Below are positions 1 to 7,633 of a stretch of 12,662 nucleotides of DNA, piece after piece (within the stretch, counting starts at the first letter, position 1; each line of letters starts with the position of its first letter). Source of the stretch: Candidatus Hydrogenedentota bacterium. GTDB lineage: Bacteria > Hydrogenedentota > Hydrogenedentia > Hydrogenedentales > SLHB01. A model generated the notes under the pieces. That model was not told the origin of the DNA, made no database searches, and was given only the letters and a program-made list of their open reading frames with translations. Location of the stretch: contig JAWXCN010000264.1 in assembly GCA_034408725.1 (NCBI GenBank), forward strand, positions 1 to 12,662. The letters run 5' to 3'. Both the position numbers and the translations under genes were made by a program.

Positions 1-1
1 A

Positions 2-400
2 GAGGCCTCCGTCCGGCTGCGGTTTCAATTGAACGATCCAACGCTCGTGCCCGCCGATTTGATCGCAGCGTGCATTGAAGATGCGCACGCGGAGGTCGAA
101 CGGTTTCTCGATGCGGACACCGAGACCGACCCGCCGGACGAGGCGTTGGTTACGGGAGAAACTTTGCTTGCGGGTGCGTACGTCTTTCGCGCAATTGCAG
201 CGAAAGACGCTTTTGCGCAGCGCAACGTTACGATCGGGGGACAGCGGCTCGAAGCCGGAGAGCGGTTCCGCGCGTTGACGGCTGTCGCCGCGTTGACCGA
301 GAAGCAGGCGTGGTTCCTGCTCGAGCCCTATCTGACGGAACAGCCGGCGCGCCTGATTTTGGACAGCACCCCTACCACGCCTGTGATTGGGGAGGCATAA
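2..400 (+). CDS. Putative phage head-tail adaptor/connector protein (gp6/gp15/Mu gp36-like), 5'-truncated
   Basis: Frame 2 is open from base 2 (EASVRLRFQLNDPTLVPADLIAACIEDAHAEVERFLD...), so the true start is probably upstream of the window rather than the TTG at 29. The size, the helical 'LI..CIEDA.AEV..FL' segment and the C-terminal 'A..LL.PYL' pattern resemble head-tail connector proteins. It sits directly upstream of tail genes. Confidence 0.6.
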   Translation, partial: EASVRLRFQLNDPTLVPADLIAACIEDAHAEVERFLDADTETDPPDEALVTGETLLAGAYVFRAIAAKDAFAQRNVTIGGQRLEAGERFRALTAVAALTEKQAWFLLEPYLTEQPARLILDSTPTTPVIGEA

Positions 401-402
401 CA

Positions 403-1089
403 GTGGCGATCACGCTGGGCGCCGTTACATTTGATTTCGCCCATACCGTCGTGCGCGAAACACACGACGAAGTCGGCGGACGCCGCGAACGTGCCATCGA
501 GATTACGGGCTTGATAGCTGGCGAATCGAGCGAGGCGGCGATTCACGCCGCGCTGGACGCAATTCTCGATGCTGCGTCCGCAATCGAGTACAGCGCAGCG
601 CTATCCGTCCGGCCTGGGCGCCGGATGATGGTGCGGCGCGCGGAATTTGTCCGGCAAGTATCCGCTGAATCGCATACAGGCACGTTCACGCTGAAGCTGG
701 CGGCACGCGAGCCCCACGAAGAATCCGTGGTGCTTCACAGCGTGCCGTGGCTGATTGACGCATCGGGAGACAGCATCGCCCTGACGCACGCTGGCAACAC
801 ACCGGCCCCGGTGATCATTCGCCTGACGGCACTGGACACGATCATCGCCCCGGAATTTTCCGCTGGCTCCAATTCAATGCACTATGGCGGCACACTCTCG
901 AATGGCGACGTTCTGGAGTTTGACGGCATCGAGCGGCTGGTGCGGTTGAACGGGGCGGACGTGACGCCATACGTCTCCGGACAGTTCCCCGATATTTCAC
1001 CGGAGGGCATCACTCTGCTCTATACCGATGCGCCCGCGAGCGCGCACGCCGCGTCTGTCGTGCTCGAATACCGGGACCGGTGGTGGTAA
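403..1089 (+). CDS. Distal tail protein (Dit)-like siphophage tail component, 228 aa
   Basis: GTG start at 403 with GGAGG at 391-395, 2 nt after the previous stop, preferred over the track start at 310. Typical Dit features: 'R.I.I.G' N-terminal strand, 'F.L.L.A.EP', 'GNTPAPVII', 'L..GD.LEFDG....V.LNG' and C-terminal 'YRDRWW'. Confidence 0.75.
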   Translation: MAITLGAVTFDFAHTVVRETHDEVGGRRERAIEITGLIAGESSEAAIHAALDAILDAASAIEYSAALSVRPGRRMMVRRAEFVRQVSAESHTGTFTLKLAAREPHEESVVLHSVPWLIDASGDSIALTHAGNTPAPVIIRLTALDTIIAPEFSAGSNSMHYGGTLSNGDVLEFDGIERLVRLNGADVTPYVSGQFPDISPEGITLLYTDAPASAHAASVVLEYRDRWW

Positions 1090-1092
1090 ACG

Positions 1093-2832
1093 ATGAACTA
1101 TCGCATAGACATTCACGATACCGATGGTCTGCGTATCGCATCGTTTGACGAAGTTCCGCTGGTTGAAACGTTGCGCCGTGGGCCGGACCACGCGGACATC
1201 GTGCGCGGAATTCTGCCGGTTGGGCTCAGTGATTTGAGTGAAGGCTATCGCGTGCGCGTGTTCGTGGATGAGGAACTGTTCTGCGACGCGCCAATCACCG
1301 AAGTCGTGCCGCAATGGAGCGACTCGCGCAAACTCATTCTTGATCAATATGTGCAGTTTCAGAAGGTCATTGAATTTCTCGCGGAACGCGAGAACGCTCC
1401 GGGTAACACAAAGGTTTCGCGTGGGTATTCGGGCGCGGCCATCAGCGAGATTGTGAAGGACCTGCTGAATAATGCGCTGGGGCCGATTCATTACACCGTC
1501 GCGCACAACGCTTACCCGGATGGCGCAGAGCGCGAGTACCTTAAATTCCTGTCGCGAAAGTCCCCTGAAAACGAGTTGGAATTAAGCGGCATTGCCAACG
1601 GCCAATGGGTTGGCGGGGCGCGTGTGGACGCGACTGCGGCGTTCGCGAAAGACGGAGATACCATCGCGGGACTAATCGTTGATGGCGAGCCGTGGCCCGA
1701 CGTGCGCATGCTGATGATCGATTGCGAGGAAACTTCGCGCAATGCGCATGCCATAGACCGGCATCCGGAAGTCGCCGATTGGACCGATGCGAAGTATGAC
1801 GCCAGCGGGTACAAACTGCGCGCCGATGCCGCGAAAATCTCATTGCAAGCGCTGTTCGACACGCACGGCATCGACTACATCGAACTTAACCCACACCGGG
1901 ATTTCACTGGCGCGTTTGACGGCCGCATCGATGATCTCGGACGTTACGTCGGGATGGTGTACGGCGGTGGACGCTGCTTCAACGCGGCGCAGGTTGAACT
2001 GGGTCATGCGGATGTCTACCTGTTTGAAGATGGCCAGAATCACGAAGCGTCGATGGCATTGAAAGAATTCTATTCATACAGCGGGGCGCATCCAGATTCG
2101 ATTGAAGACGCGCCCACTGCGCTTATTGCGTATGACACGGCCGGCGGCGTGCTCGAAGAGATTACGGCGCTCGCATACGCGGCGGGCGGCTATGTCTGGT
2201 CCGTTGATCCACATCTGGCGCTACGATTTTACAACGCGCAACGGCCCGCGCGCGTGTGGTTCCATGATCCCGTGCGCATGGGCGTAGCGTTTGGATCGAC
2301 CAGCGACGGGCTTGCAAACGCGGTGTACTTCGCAGGAAATCCGGTGTCTGGAGCGGTGAGCAAGACGTACGCACGCAGTGAAAGCATCGCGGAATACGGA
2401 ATCGAAGACCAGGCGCTCGAGCATTTCGGAATTTCACGCGAAGAAGACGCGGACAAGCTGGTGGCGGGACTCCTGGATGATATCGCGTACCCGACCCGCA
2501 TCGTCGAAATCACTTTCTTTCACGGCGAGGCCGAAGCGCGTGTTGGCGACCTTGTTGAGGTGCGTGGCGCGCCTTTGCGGCGTCTTGAACGGGAACTGGC
2601 AAGCGAATGGGGTGGACGTTTCAGTGGCGCGCTTGTTGCCCGCGTGAAAGAGGTCGCGCACCGTTTTTCCGGGAACCACGTATCCACGCGGGTGCGGCTC
2701 ACGTCGCCCATGCGCAGCGTGGATTCACCACTAGCGTTCATGGTCCGCACACAGCCGAGTGGGTCCGCGGTTTATCAGTTCCGGCTCGACGACGACGGCG
2801 TGGGTCTTGACGGCGTTCACCATCTCGATTAA
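1093..2832 (+). CDS. Baseplate hub / Tal-like phage tail protein, 579 aa
   Basis: Starts 3 nt after the Dit-like stop. N-terminus 'YRIDIHDTDG.RIA' and C-terminal hub-like motifs 'ANAVYFAG...SESIAEYG...ADKL...LLDD.AYP..I.EI......ARVGDLVEV' match the pattern of siphophage Tal/gp27-like hub proteins. Follows the canonical Dit-Tal gene order. Confidence 0.75.
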   Translation: MNYRIDIHDTDGLRIASFDEVPLVETLRRGPDHADIVRGILPVGLSDLSEGYRVRVFVDEELFCDAPITEVVPQWSDSRKLILDQYVQFQKVIEFLAERENAPGNTKVSRGYSGAAISEIVKDLLNNALGPIHYTVAHNAYPDGAEREYLKFLSRKSPENELELSGIANGQWVGGARVDATAAFAKDGDTIAGLIVDGEPWPDVRMLMIDCEETSRNAHAIDRHPEVADWTDAKYDASGYKLRADAAKISLQALFDTHGIDYIELNPHRDFTGAFDGRIDDLGRYVGMVYGGGRCFNAAQVELGHADVYLFEDGQNHEASMALKEFYSYSGAHPDSIEDAPTALIAYDTAGGVLEEITALAYAAGGYVWSVDPHLALRFYNAQRPARVWFHDPVRMGVAFGSTSDGLANAVYFAGNPVSGAVSKTYARSESIAEYGIEDQALEHFGISREEDADKLVAGLLDDIAYPTRIVEITFFHGEAEARVGDLVEVRGAPLRRLERELASEWGGRFSGALVARVKEVAHRFSGNHVSTRVRLTSPMRSVDSPLAFMVRTQPSGSAVYQFRLDDDGVGLDGVHHLD

Positions 2833-2850
2833 CGGAGGGAGAAGAAGACA

Positions 2851-3372
2851 ATGGCGATTCGTGGCCTTGGCTATACAAAAACGGCATGGACGTTTGAAGA
2901 ACGGCCCGTGCCATCATCGAAACTGAATACCTGGGACAACCGCATCGAGCTGGCACTCGAACTGGTTTACTTTTTGCTCAGCCATGCCTGGGGCGGCGGC
3001 GACGGCGTCATTCGCAACGCGACGACCGACGATCTAAAAGTCGTGGCCAGCAGCACGCCCGATCTCGCGGTGCATGTGAAACCGGGCTATGCGTTTGTGT
3101 CGAAACTGCCGTATAAACTCGGCGCGGAAGCGACGACCGCGGCCATCACGCCACCAATAACGAATCCGCGCATTGATCTTGTTCAAGCGCGGCTCGAAAC
3201 GTGGGATGTGAGCGTCGTCACCGGCACGGAACACGCTTCGCCGGCCGCGCCACCGGCGCAAACTGATTGCATCCCGCTTGCGAAGCTGTATCTGCGTCCC
3301 GGTATGGCGTCGATTAAGAACGCGGATGATGCGACGAATGGGTATATCAGCGATGCGCGGATGTTTGTGTAG
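2851..3372 (+). CDS. Phage minor tail / baseplate or fibre-anchor protein, 173 aa
   Basis: GGAGG upstream (2834-2838). N-terminal 'Y.K..W......SSKLN.WDN.IE' and 'LKV.A...L.V.V.PG.AF...NPRIDLV...VVTGT..ASP.AP....IPLA.LY...I...ISDAR' resemble the conserved N-terminal domain of siphophage tail fibre/baseplate proteins encoded after Tal. Confidence 0.7.
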   Translation: MAIRGLGYTKTAWTFEERPVPSSKLNTWDNRIELALELVYFLLSHAWGGGDGVIRNATTDDLKVVASSTPDLAVHVKPGYAFVSKLPYKLGAEATTAAITPPITNPRIDLVQARLETWDVSVVTGTEHASPAAPPAQTDCIPLAKLYLRPGMASIKNADDATNGYISDARMFV

Positions 3373-3373
3373 G

Positions 3374-3537
3374 GGAAGTGAGGAAGGCAGGAAGGCAGGA
3401 AGCGAGGAAGGCAGAAAGCGAGGACGTGAGGAAGGCAGAAAGCGAGGACGTGAGGAAGCGAGCAGCGAGGACGTTAGGAAGCGAGCAGCGAGGACGTGAG
3501 GAAGCAAGCAGCGAGGACGTGAGGAAGCGAGCATCGA
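3374..3537. repeat. Purine-rich short tandem repeat array (21 degenerate 7/8-nt units)
   Basis: Units parse as GGAAGTGA, GGAAGGCA x2, GGAAGCGA, then (GGAAGGCA GAAAGCGA GGACGTGA) x2, then ~(GGAAGCGA GCAGCGA GGACGTGA) x3 plus a partial copy. Begins 1 nt after the TAG at 3372. Confidence 0.95.
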
Positions 3538-3552
3538 CGTAACGAGTCGCGC

Positions 3553-3652
3553 CTCGTACTCGTGATTAAAATTTGTCTCCCCTCTTAAGTCCCCCTTTGA
3601 AGGGGGATTCAGGGGGATGTGAATTACACGTGAAGCGATCAGCGAGTACGAG
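3553..3652. repeat. Nested inverted repeats / REP-like palindromic element
   Basis: Outer pair CTCGTACTCG (3553-3562) and CGAGTACGAG (3643-3652) is a perfect 10-bp inverted repeat, extendable by TGAT/ATCA with one bulge. Inner hairpin TCCCCCT-TTGA-AGGGGGA (3590-3607), with imperfect flanking arms TCCCCT (3578-3583) and AGGGGGA (3611-3617). Confidence 0.85.
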
Positions 3653-3701
3653 ATTACGAAAAAACCGTATGCGAAACCCGAACCCGATAGGAGAACCATC
3701 C

Positions 3702-4076
3702 ATGAACGATCTAAACAACATCATTTCCGAACCCGCCCTAACTTCCCTCGGCGCGGTGCTTGGCGGACTTTGGACTTTTTTCAAGGCGAGCGACTGGTTC
3801 CAGCGCGCGCGGCAACAGCGGTTCGCTGAGGCCATCACCGCGCTCGAAGCCGGCGTGCAACAGACCTACGATGTCTATGTGCGTGCGGTGAAAGATGGGA
3901 GTTCCGACGGCAAACTTTCCAGCGAAGAACGCCGGCGCGCGCGGGAACTCGCGCGCGACGCCGCGGTCGCGTTTGGAAGGACAAAGGGCATTGACGTGCT
4001 GACGGCGATCGGTCACGACTATGTCGATGTTTGGATCACGAAGCTCGTGCATCAGAAAAAGGCAATGGCGAGGTAA
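3702..4076 (+). CDS. Putative holin (LL-H family-like), 124 aa
   Basis: ATG at 3702 with AGGAGA at 3689-3694; the track start at 3573 runs through the repeats. One N-terminal hydrophobic helix (ALTSLGAVLGGLWTFF), then 'AI.ALEAGV.QTY...DGKLS.EE...A...A' and a basic C-terminus, as in LL-H-like holins. Last gene of the tail module. Confidence 0.55.
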   Translation: MNDLNNIISEPALTSLGAVLGGLWTFFKASDWFQRARQQRFAEAITALEAGVQQTYDVYVRAVKDGSSDGKLSSEERRRARELARDAAVAFGRTKGIDVLTAIGHDYVDVWITKLVHQKKAMAR

Positions 4077-4094
4077 GGCAAAAGTTTTCTTTCT

Positions 4095-4131
4095 GAAAGG
4101 GACGCTCCGGCGTCCCTTTCTTCTTTATTTT
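4095..4131 (+). terminator. Rho-independent terminator closing the phage-like module
   Basis: Perfect 11-bp stem GAAAGGGACGC (4095-4105), loop TCCG, GCGTCCCTTTC (4110-4120), followed by the T-rich tail TTCTTTATTTT. Lies 18 nt after the holin-like stop. Confidence 0.85.
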
Positions 4132-4138
4132 GACACGG

Positions 4139-4147
4139 TGCTATCAT
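4139..4147 (+). promoter_or_regulatory. Possible extended -10 promoter element for the glycosylation operon
   Basis: TG-C-TATCAT matches TGnTAnnnT ~40 nt upstream of the GTG at 4186, just downstream of the terminator. No correctly spaced -35. Confidence 0.3.
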
Positions 4148-4185
4148 GCCGCGTGGGGTTGATGGGGAACCAGTGGAGTTAGCGG

Positions 4186-6009
4186 GTGATTTTGACGTTG
4201 GCTGTAGCCATGCTTGTGGCAGCGGGATGCTTGCGCGCCGCGGGCCTTCCGCGCACGCGCGAAGCGTGGGGCATCGCAATTCTGTGTGGATACTGCCTCA
4301 CAGGCGTCATGTTTCTTTGCCTGGCGTCGTTCAGCGTCATGTTCGCGGATGTTGTGCGAGTTGTCTCGGGTTACATCGCGATTTTCTATTTCGTAAAGTG
4401 GATTCGTAAAAACCGTTCCGCCGGCATCATCCAAACGCCGCGAGTCCCGGAAGGACTGCTTGCGAAGCTCAGTCTTGCGGCGACATTCATCGCGCTCGGT
4501 TGCGCGCTCATTGGCGCCAATGCTCCCGTTACCAGTTGGGACGCGGGGGTTGCGCACATGGCGTTGCCCGCTGCATACGCGCGCGAGGGACGCATCGGTG
4601 TCGAACCAGGGAACAACTACTCCGCGTATCCGCATCTTATGCACGCGCTGTTTACCGTGCAGGACTACGGCGCGCAGTCGCCCATGAATAACGATTCCTT
4701 CGGTTGGCGGCGGGAAGCAAGGCCCGCGCAGATTGTTTGGTCATTCGGCATTCTGCTGTGCGCGGCGGCTTACTGGTTGGCAGTGCGCGTGGGTGGCAGG
4801 CAATGCGGGTTTGTGGCGGCGGCCATCGTCGCCACAGCGCCGGTATTTATTGATCAGAGCAGTATTCCAGGTATCGACGTGCCGTATGCGGCAACGGTCA
4901 TGGGTGCGCTGTGCGCGCTTGTTGCGTGGCGGCAGGACAAACGCATTGGGTGGTTGGTGCTTGCGGCGATACTTGCGGGCAATGGATGCGGCATTCGCCA
5001 TACTGCGTATCTTGTCAACGCCATGCTTGCGGTTGGTGTCGTTGCAATCGCCGGCGAATCGCGCGTACGTAATACAGGATTGTTTTTGGGAACCGCATTT
5101 GCCAGCGCGCTACCGTGGCTAGTTCGCACTGCGCTCGTTTCCGGCAATCCGTTTTATCCGTTCTTTTCGTCGCAGTCCGCGGCGATGCCCGATGTGAATG
5201 TCGCGGCGATTGGTTCACACTCCTCGATTCAAGGCACGGGACCATTTCAATTGTTGGCATTTCCTTGGTCTTTGACGATGAACCCGGCGCACTACGGTGG
5301 GTGGAGTACTTCGCCCGGCGCATTGTGGCTCGTGCTGGGAGTCATCGGCGTCATCGTTGGCGGGCGGTCCGCGCGCGCGCTGGGAGTATTTAGCGGAGCG
5401 GGGTTGATAGTTATATTTTTCTTTCAGCGCTTCGCGCGTTATGCATTGCCGTTTATCGCGCCGATGATGGTTGTAGCGGCGTTGCCGGTTGAGAAACTGC
5501 CCAGGCTGCGCTGGGTGATGGTCCCGGCCGTTCTGCTTTCTTACGCGCTGGGTCTGGGACCCGTGTTGGCAAACGCGGCGGCCAAGGTACCGGTTGTCAT
5601 TGGCGTTGAATCGCGCGAGGACTATTTGACGAAACGCGTCGAGCGGTTTCCCGCGATGGCCTGGGCCGCGCGCAATCTTCCTTCCACGGCGACAATACTT
5701 TCGCTCGATCCGCGCGGGTTTTATTTTGCTCACCCAACGTATACGAACTTCGAGGCGCTGAAGGCGCTCGTGCCGCGTGATTTGGCCGCGCAACTGGATT
5801 GGCTTCGCGCGCGCGAAATCGAGTACCTGTTTTATCCCGCCGCCTATGTGGACAGTTCGCCCGCGTTCAGTGAAACCGGAGTGGGAGCGATGGTGGATGT
5901 ATGGCGCGCAAATTCCGAACAATTCATTTTGATCAAACAGTTTGAGTTGCCCAATCCGCGAAGCGGCCGCGTCGAGCATGTGGAAATCTATGAATTCCGA
6001 TCCGAATAA
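4186..6009 (+). CDS. Polytopic GT-C-fold glycosyltransferase (ArnT/PMT, GT39/GT83-like), 607 aa
   Basis: GTG start with GGAG at 4175-4178. Many hydrophobic helices, first-loop motif 'P..SWDA..AH...P' with a candidate catalytic Asp, 'YP', 'GNPFYPF', 'RY.LP', and a soluble C-terminal domain. Confidence 0.7.
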   Translation: MILTLAVAMLVAAGCLRAAGLPRTREAWGIAILCGYCLTGVMFLCLASFSVMFADVVRVVSGYIAIFYFVKWIRKNRSAGIIQTPRVPEGLLAKLSLAATFIALGCALIGANAPVTSWDAGVAHMALPAAYAREGRIGVEPGNNYSAYPHLMHALFTVQDYGAQSPMNNDSFGWRREARPAQIVWSFGILLCAAAYWLAVRVGGRQCGFVAAAIVATAPVFIDQSSIPGIDVPYAATVMGALCALVAWRQDKRIGWLVLAAILAGNGCGIRHTAYLVNAMLAVGVVAIAGESRVRNTGLFLGTAFASALPWLVRTALVSGNPFYPFFSSQSAAMPDVNVAAIGSHSSIQGTGPFQLLAFPWSLTMNPAHYGGWSTSPGALWLVLGVIGVIVGGRSARALGVFSGAGLIVIFFFQRFARYALPFIAPMMVVAALPVEKLPRLRWVMVPAVLLSYALGLGPVLANAAAKVPVVIGVESREDYLTKRVERFPAMAWAARNLPSTATILSLDPRGFYFAHPTYTNFEALKALVPRDLAAQLDWLRAREIEYLFYPAAYVDSSPAFSETGVGAMVDVWRANSEQFILIKQFELPNPRSGRVEHVEIYEFRSE

Positions 6010-7633
6010 CACGATTAACGAACTCACGCCGGCGCCCGTGCAAGACGTCATTGCGCGCAACACGCTGTGGAACGTCGCGGGCCGCGCGTGGGAGGCAATC
6101 GCCGCGCTGGTGCTTACGCCGTATATCGTGTGGAGGCTTGGGCTGAGCGAATACGGCGTGTGGGGATTGGTGGCATCCTTCTCGGGGTACGTTGGCCTGC
6201 TCGATCTCGGGTTTGGCAGCGGCTACGCGAAGTTCATCGCGGAGTACGCCGCGCGTGGCGAGCAGCGGCGCATATCGCAGCTCATTACCAGCGCGGTGAC
6301 GCTCTACGCGGTGCTTGGCGTCGCGCTTGCCGCGCTTTGTTTCCCGGTCCTCGCATACGTCGCCACGGCATTTGCGTCGCGAATGGGCGTGCCCGATGTG
6401 AACGCTGGCGACCTTGTATTTCTTGTGCAATATTCGTTCACGCTTTTTTTGCTGGGCAACTGCGTCGCGCCGTTCACCTCCATTCAGGCCGGACTTCAGC
6501 GGATGGACATCGCGAACGCGGTGAGTTTCGTGATGTCCATCGTCAAGATTGCGGCGACAGTGTATTTCATCGAGAACGGATTCGGCCTGCGCGGTCTCAT
6601 GTACTCGAGCGCGATCGTGCTTGGCGTGTATGCCCTTGCGAGTTTATTCATTGCGTTTTGGCTGTTGCCGCACCTCCGCGTGTCTTTCGCGCATGTCAGC
6701 CGCCGTGAATTCTGGTCTCTCTATCGCTATGGCTGGCGCGCGCAGGTGGCGCGTCTGTCAAACCTTATAACATTTGAAACCGACATCATCGTCGTCAGCA
6801 TGATGTATAGAACGATGGGTCTGGCGGGGGCGTACAAGGTTGGCGTCGAGCTTGCGAACAAAGTAAGACAGGTGCCTTTGATGTTTCTGGGCGCAATACT
6901 CCCCGCGGCTTCCGACCTTGACGCCCGCGAAGACACCACGCGCCTTCGGCGACTGTATCTCGTCAGCACGAAATACATCGCGGCAATTACGATACCGCTT
7001 GCGCTATTCTCCACAGCAACGGCGGACACGATCATGCGCGCGTGGATGGGCGCGGACATGGGCGATGCCGCGTGGGTGTTCCGGCTCATCGTGATCGGCT
7101 ATGCCGCAAATGTGCTGCAAGGGCCGGGCGTTAGCGTTGCATTGGGAAAAGGCCGGCCCGACGTGCAGATGAACGCGGGCATCATCGCGATGATCAGCAA
7201 TCTTGTGCTGACGATTACGTTCGCATTCGCGGTAGGGTTTCTTGGCGTTGCCGCGGCGACGGCGATCTCAATGTACATCAGCATGGTCTGGTTTCTTCGG
7301 GCAATGCGAAACATGACCGGCGTGACTTCGCGCGCGATTTGGCGCGAAGCCGTGCTTTGGCCTTGCGTCGCATCATTGCCGGGCGTCGTCGCGTGCGTCT
7401 TCATAGAAGTTTTCGCGCCCGCTGGTTCCGGACGTTTGGAATCCGTGTCGATCATGCTAGGCGCCGCGGCCGTCTTTGGCGCGGTGTATTTAGCGATTCT
7501 CCGGTATCTGCCGTTCCTGGATTCGTTTGACGCGCACTTTCTCGAACACACCTTGAAGCTGAATCGTGTGCCGGGTTCGACGATGTGGTTGCGCCGCGCG
7601 CGTCAACGCACAGTGCGGGACCATGCAGCATGA
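5990..7633 (+). CDS. Wzx-like oligosaccharide flippase (MOP/PST family), ~547 aa
   Basis: 'IARNTLWN...LTPYIV.RLG..EYGVW......Y..LLDLG......KFIAEY' is typical of PST flippases, with roughly 12-14 hydrophobic segments. ATG at 5990 preferred; it overlaps the upstream gene by 20 nt. Confidence 0.85.
   Translation: MNSDPNNTINELTPAPVQDVIARNTLWNVAGRAWEAIAALVLTPYIVWRLGLSEYGVWGLVASFSGYVGLLDLGFGSGYAKFIAEYAARGEQRRISQLITSAVTLYAVLGVALAALCFPVLAYVATAFASRMGVPDVNAGDLVFLVQYSFTLFLLGNCVAPFTSIQAGLQRMDIANAVSFVMSIVKIAATVYFIENGFGLRGLMYSSAIVLGVYALASLFIAFWLLPHLRVSFAHVSRREFWSLYRYGWRAQVARLSNLITFETDIIVVSMMYRTMGLAGAYKVGVELANKVRQVPLMFLGAILPAASDLDAREDTTRLRRLYLVSTKYIAAITIPLALFSTATADTIMRAWMGADMGDAAWVFRLIVIGYAANVLQGPGVSVALGKGRPDVQMNAGIIAMISNLVLTITFAFAVGFLGVAAATAISMYISMVWFLRAMRNMTGVTSRAIWREAVLWPCVASLPGVVACVFIEVFAPAGSGRLESVSIMLGAAAVFGAVYLAILRYLPFLDSFDAHFLEHTLKLNRVPGSTMWLRRARQRTVRDHAA

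Noticed and set aside
310-402. Longer N-terminus for the Dit-like ORF
   Set aside because: Overlaps the upstream gene by ~90 nt, whereas GTG 403 has a strong GGAGG RBS.
3374-3537. Possible CRISPR array
   Set aside because: Units are 7-8 nt (higher-order 23-24 nt) and contiguous, with no unique spacers and no cas genes in the window.
3034-3699. ORFs 3034..3699 (-) and 3278..3499 (+) with low-complexity SSRPR/EEGRK peptides
   Set aside because: These are translations of the tandem repeat that overlap a well-supported tail gene.
2851-3700. Diversity-generating retroelement target next to a tail gene
   Set aside because: No TR/VR pair differing at adenines and no reverse transcriptase are visible.
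3573-3701. Longer N-terminus for the holin-like ORF
   Set aside because: Reads through the palindromic repeat (SPPLKGDSGG), whereas ATG 3702 has an AGGAGA RBS.
4130-4147. TTGACA plus TATCAT as a canonical sigma70 promoter
   Set aside because: The spacer is only 6 nt instead of ~17, so only the extended -10 was kept, at low confidence.
4077-4185. Prophage attR site or tRNA fragment at the module boundary
   Set aside because: No tRNA-like sequence is recognisable and no matching direct repeat or integrase occurs within the window.
5215-6708. Long alternative-frame or antisense ORFs (5215..6063 -, 5933..6430 -, 6067..6708 +)
   Set aside because: Shadow ORFs typical of GC-rich coding DNA; they overlap well-supported genes and show no recognisable motifs.
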